Below, one piece after another: positions 57,991 through 64,000 of a stretch of 64,000 nucleotides of DNA; the stretch's first letter is position 1, and each line of letters opens with the position of its first letter. The notes under the pieces are model-generated. The model saw only the letters and a program-made list of their open reading frames with translations, had not been told where the DNA came from and did not search any database. The DNA comes from the human T2T-CHM13v2.0 reference genome, Homo sapiens: NCBI GenBank assembly GCA_009914755.4, contig CP068257.2, forward strand, positions 31,552,001-31,616,000, written 5' to 3'. A program made the position numbers and the translations under genes.

Positions 57991-58667
57991 TATCCTAATT
58001 TGAATGAGCTGTTTCTTGCCAGAACCCTAACTGATATGTCCTTTGTCTAGCAATTCTACTTCTGGAAATTTTCCCACACTTAAACTGGCACATGTGCAAA
58101 ATGAAAGAGATTTCCTTGCAGAAGAGACTGGAAATAATTCAAATGTCTATAGTAGGGGTACTAATTATATAAATAATGGTGTGTCTATAGAGTAGAACTG
58201 TATCCAGCTATTTAAAAAACAAGGATAGAAAGATCTTCCAAACATATTTTTAAGTGGAAAAAGCAGGGTGGAACAGGGACTATACATGCTATCTCTTGTC
58301 TAAAAGATGGGGAAATTAGGAATATGTATTTGTTTTTGCTTATGCATGAAGATACTCTGAAGGATTCACAAAAGAAAAAAAAGTTTTCTAAAGGGAGCAA
58401 GACTTTTCACAATTTTTTTTTTGAATGCTTAAAATTGTTGAACCCAACGACTGTTGCCTGTTCAAAAGTTAAATTTAAAATTCCTCCCAGACTAGGTAGG
58501 GGATTGGGCCCAGAAGCTGAGACCAGGCTCACTTGAATAAATGGGGTAAATGACTAGGAATTTTACTATTCCTTACAGGTCTCTCATTATCTTGTCTTTG
58601 CTCCCATTTTTATATTTGCAGTTTAATTAGACACTTCAGAATTTTGATCACCTAATGTTGATTTCAG

Positions 58668-58759
58668 ATGTAAAAGTCAAGAGAAGACTCTAAAAATAGC
58701 AAAGATGCTTTTGAGCCAGAATGCCTTCATCGTCAGATCACTTAATTTGGTTCTCATGG
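58668..58759 (+). other. IFNAR2: IFNAR2 exon 2 (first coding exon) as a transcribed unit; the 5' boundary could instead be the stronger acceptor at 58621/58622
   Basis: Candidate acceptors ...ttgatttcag|ATGTAAAAG at 58667/58668 and ...tatatttgcag|TTTAATTAG at 58621/58622; firm donor G|GTAAGT at 58759/58760. Confidence 0.7.
58705..58759 (+). CDS. IFNAR2: IFNAR2 coding segment 1: start codon and signal peptide MLLSQNAFIVRSLNLVLM plus the first base of the Val19 codon
   Basis: ATG at 58705; translation matches the IFNAR2 N-terminus except residue 10 Val (gtc), the known F10V polymorphic site; exon ends in phase 1 at donor GTAAGT (58760). Confidence 0.88.
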
Positions 58760-59234
58760 GTAAGTGCTGCTTTTTATCTTAGCTCTTATAGAAGCAAGCT
58801 GTGATGCCATCCTCACTGAGAGCACTGGCAGGAAGTCGCAAACTCATTTCCCTGACTAGAGGACCCAGTACCACCCTGCCTAGTGTCAGGAGTTAAGTGG
58901 AAAGCAAATAGGAAACCTACACTAGTAGTTTAGATTCAATGTAGATTCCTGTCCTGTTGTTAATTTTAGGAAAACAAATGAGTGACTTAAGGCAATAATA
59001 ATCAGGACTATCCTCGCCATAATTTGAAGAGTAATTTCTCCTAACACGCTTTCTTCCTCCCCAATCTTTGATAAATGTCTTTTACCTCTAAAGTTGATTA
59101 ATTAGCAACATGCTTATTCATATTCTGTGAATATTTCTAGGATGGACAATTGCCTCTGAGGACATTCCCTCAGCCAGCCCAAGTACTTAAACAAAAACAA
59201 GGAAATTCTTTGATGTTAAAGATCTCGTGTGTGT

Positions 59235-59866
<632 letters not shown>

Positions 59867-60161
59867 ATTTTTTTTTTTTTTAGACAGAGTCTCCCTCTGT
59901 CACCCAGGCTGGAATGCAGTGAGCGATCTCACCTCACTGCAGCCTCCGCCTCCTGGGTTCGCGCTATTCTCCTGCCTTAGCCTCCCAAGTAGTTGGGACT
60001 GCAGGTGTGCACCACCACACCCAGCTAATTTTTTGTATTTTTAGTAGAGACAGGGTTTTGCCGTGTTGGCCAGGCTGATCTCGAATCCTGACCTTGTGTG
60101 ATCCACCCACCTCGGCCTCCCAAAGTGCTGGGATTACAGACGTGAGCCACGACGCCCGGCC
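59867..60161 (-). mobile_element. Alu SINE, antisense, immediately adjacent to the previous one
   Basis: T-run, agacagagtctccctctgtcacccaggctggaatgcagtgagc ... gggattacagacgtgagccacgacgcccggcc. Confidence 0.9.
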
Positions 60162-60451
60162 CCAGATATATTTTTAAGTGGAAAAAGCAGGGCAGAACAG
60201 GGACCGTACATATTGTTGTTAGTGTCAGCTCCCAAATGGATCTTATTTTATCTCAGATCACAGTCCTTGCACCATGTGCTGCTGGCACCAATGTAGAGTA
60301 AAAACCATCTATGTGGGCATTTTTTTGGCACAAGAAAAATCTCAATCTGATACCAATAAATGTGTGTTAAAGAATGTCAGACTTAGAGTAATCATTGCAA
60401 GTTGAGCCCAGATAAAACTATTGCCTCTCTAATGTGTTTTCTTCCTTCTAG

Positions 60452-60493
60452 TGTATATCAGCCTCGTGTTTGGTATTTCATATGATTCGCCTG
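60452..60493 (+). CDS. IFNAR2: IFNAR2 coding exon 3: (V)YISLVFGISYDSP(D)
   Basis: Acceptor cttccttctag|TG, donor CCTG|gtaaga; phases join to exons 2 and 4 to give ...LVLMVYISLVFGISYDSPDYTDES..., identical to IFNAR2. Confidence 0.88.
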
Positions 60494-61374
60494 GTAAGAG
60501 ATGTTTTTTGGCTTCACTAAATTTTGTATAAGAGTGAAAGTGTTGGGGCAACCATTCAGAGGTATAAAATGTGGGAGATTTGATTTCTGATTGTACATCT
60601 GTTGCCTGTTTTATTGGGATTCTTTCTCTGTAAAAGGAGCTAAAATGAGCTAACTCTGGTTTTTTGAGAGATACAAAACTAGTCTAAGAAATGAACACTA
60701 GAGATCATTTTTAAACTTCTTTAAAGAATATTCAAACTCTTAATAATCTCACTAATAAAAGAATGAGGAGACACAGACTGTGCCAAATAAAAAATGGCCC
60801 AGAAATATTTACTCTTTAATTTACATTCTTCCACCCTGATGATTCCAGACAAAGGACAATAATTTTTTTTTAACTAAACTTCTTCCTACGTATATAAATC
60901 TGTCCACAAAACTTCACTAAGTATTAAATATGTGTCCAACCTTGTGCTAAGTGTTGGTTGGGGGTGAAGAGTTGGCAGTTGAGAAACAAAGGCCTGAGTC
61001 CTAACCACAGGAAACTTCGGTGATCTTTAAAAATTTAACCGTATAAGGCAGAATTTGGCAAGTCTGGCTTTAATGTCTCATTTATCACTGCCACTTCCCA
61101 CCTACATGACATTGTATAATTCAACTCAGTTTCACAGTCTGTAAAATGAATCTTTTCATAGTGCCTACTTCAGCATTGTTGTGGGGCTTAAATGCTTAGA
61201 AAGGGCCAGTCTGGGCTCATGTTATACTCCCCTGCTCTCTGTGATCCAGGGAATAAGTGAGCTGGGGAATCCAGAGGAAGGAAAATTTGCAGCGGGCTGA
61301 GCTACTTAAGGAGGACTTCATGGAGGAGCTGGGAGCAGAGTTGAGAGAACGGCTTGGGGAGGGAGAATGGGTAG

Positions 61375-61860
<486 letters not shown>

Positions 61861-62799
61861 TGATATTTCATTTTCTCTTGGTAAACATATTATTGTTCTG
61901 TTATATGGGGAGAGGTGATCTTTTCTCTCTCTCTGTCTCTCCCTCTCCCTTTTCCTATCTACCTCTCCTTCTCTCTGCGTTTCTTATTCAGAGCCTTAAA
62001 AAGCCAAAGACAAAACACCATCACACATCCATTTTTAATTCAGTTGAATACTTTAATAATCCAAATCTATTTTGACAAAGCTTGTATGTGTCATCAAAGC
62101 CAATTTCTACAGGTCAGAACCTCACATACAAAATAATTCTTGTGTATGGGTTAGGCAATGATTTCTCTAATTCAGTCAGTCTGAATGTTTAAAAGTCCTG
62201 TTATCTGAGGACAGGAATCCAAAGGTCTATTGACCATATTGATGGTTTATGTTCACTTTTCTTTACTCTGGTGGGACACCAGAAAGCTGCCTGGCCTAGT
62301 CTGGGACAGGCCTGGGTCCATAGTCTGGTTTGGTCACTAACCAGCTTGACACTTGGCACGGACCTCAGCCCCTAAGCTAATGCCTCTGCTGAGGGGTTGC
62401 TGCAAGGATTCGTGACATAATGGATGGAGTCCTGCTTGTCTTTTGTCTTCCCACACCTACCAATCGCCCTTAGAAGTCATTGCTTTGATCCAGCAGCCCC
62501 TTGGAGTGTCCTTTTGTTGGTTATTTATTTGGCCTAGAGCTGCTGCTGCTACTGCTTATTGACTGAGCCAGTGGGAGACCTCTTGTGAGTTTCTCTTCGG
62601 TGCCTGCTAAAAAGTTTTTCTCTGCATTGAGTGGTCACATGTATCATCCAACTAACTGAAGCTTGGTAGATGAGATATCTGCATTGTCCCTGAAATAGCC
62701 CAGGTCTGACTTAGGACTGGATCATCTAGTCTTAGCCAGAGAGGGAGGGGGTCTCAGGGAAGGCATTCATAATTGTCCCATAGAGGGAGGGAGATCTGA

Positions 62800-63161
<362 letters not shown>

Positions 63162-63496
63162 TTACTGAGCACCTACTACATGCCAGGGGGTCCAACTGTG
63201 AACCAAAGTCCCTGCCCTCCTGGAGCAGACATTATGTAAATGGAGACATCAGTAAACAAAGGTATAATGTGACAGGTGTGGGTAAATGCTACAATCAAGA
63301 AAAGAGAGGGATTGAAAGTGCAGGGGTGGGGAGGGCATAAGATGTTCCATTTTCAATAAGATGGTTGGGGAAGATCACTTAATACAATGATATTTGGGCA
63401 GAGCCCTAAAGGAAACAATGAAGTAAGGCGCCCAAAAATAGACTCTCATTACATCAATGCTAACAATTTCCTTTTTCCATTTTTTTCTTTCCAAAG

Positions 63497-63669
63497 TAAA
63501 CCAGAAGATTTGAAGGTGGTTAAGAACTGTGCAAATACCACAAGATCATTTTGTGACCTCACAGATGAGTGGAGAAGCACACACGAGGCCTATGTCACCG
63601 TCCTAGAAGGATTCAGCGGGAACACAACGTTGTTCAGTTGCTCACACAATTTCTGGCTGGCCATAGACA
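63497..63669 (+). CDS. IFNAR2: IFNAR2 coding exon 5: (S)[57 protein letters not shown](M)
   Basis: Acceptor ttctttccaaag|T, donor GACA|gtgagt; 57 codons identical to the IFNAR2 first FNIII-like domain; the window ends in intron 5. Confidence 0.93.
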
Positions 63670-64000
63670 GTGAGTTTTATCTCTGTTTCTCCACTTCGTC
63701 CCCATCATCAAGATCTTTATTATTTGCTATTCCATGAAATAGGAGGTCTACAAAGGTGTTTTAGACCTGGGGCTGGGCTCACCTCTTGGCCCTGCCACTT
63801 CCTAGCTCTGTAACCGTGGACTGCTTTGCTTCTCTGAGCCTTGGTTTTCTAAATCTGAAAAGTGGAATGATAATTTGTACTTTGCAGATTTGCCCCGTGC
63901 CTGTATAAGGCAGTAGGAACTGCTGTTTTCGGTTTTGCAGCCTGACAGGAAGTCTGGAGCCAGGTTCAGGTGGGCTGGATCTAGCGCTCTCATCTCTCTG

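Noticed and set aside
63387-63737. 116-aa plus-strand ORF overlapping exon 5
   Set aside because: Same situation: the exon is 63497-63669; the flanking in-frame sequence is intronic

Overview
Human nuclear DNA (or a very close great ape) from 21q22.11, covering the 5' half of the type-I interferon receptor subunit gene IFNAR2. About 60% of the window is interspersed repeats: some 30 Alu copies (several young AluY with intact target-site duplications), L1 fragments including a nearly full-length antisense L1, MADE1 mariner MITEs, LTR-like pieces and simple repeats. Coordinates 1-46500 contain no supportable protein-coding gene. A TATA-less CpG-island promoter (about 46550-47640) with a GC-box cluster and a 5' splice donor at 46975 most plausibly marks non-coding exon 1 of IFNAR2. 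Four plus-strand coding exons follow, and their translation is residue-for-residue the known IFNAR2 N-terminus (signal peptide and first fibronectin-III-like domain). They are exon 2 (ATG at 58705), exon 3 (60452-60493), exon 4 (61730-61853) and exon 5 (63497-63669), with GT/AG boundaries and consistent phases. The window ends in intron 5. Nothing here looks prokaryotic or like a novel system. The points worth a second look are a Val10 signal-peptide allele, an AUG-UAA start-stop element in the 5' leader, a 62-bp VNTR in intron 1, a 1.4-kb palindrome built around two MADE1 copies and an AT-rich minisatellite, a 600-bp (TTGG/TTGC)n block, and inverted Alu pairs flanking the start-codon exon. 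All other long ORFs in the six-frame track are repeat or GC-composition artefacts.
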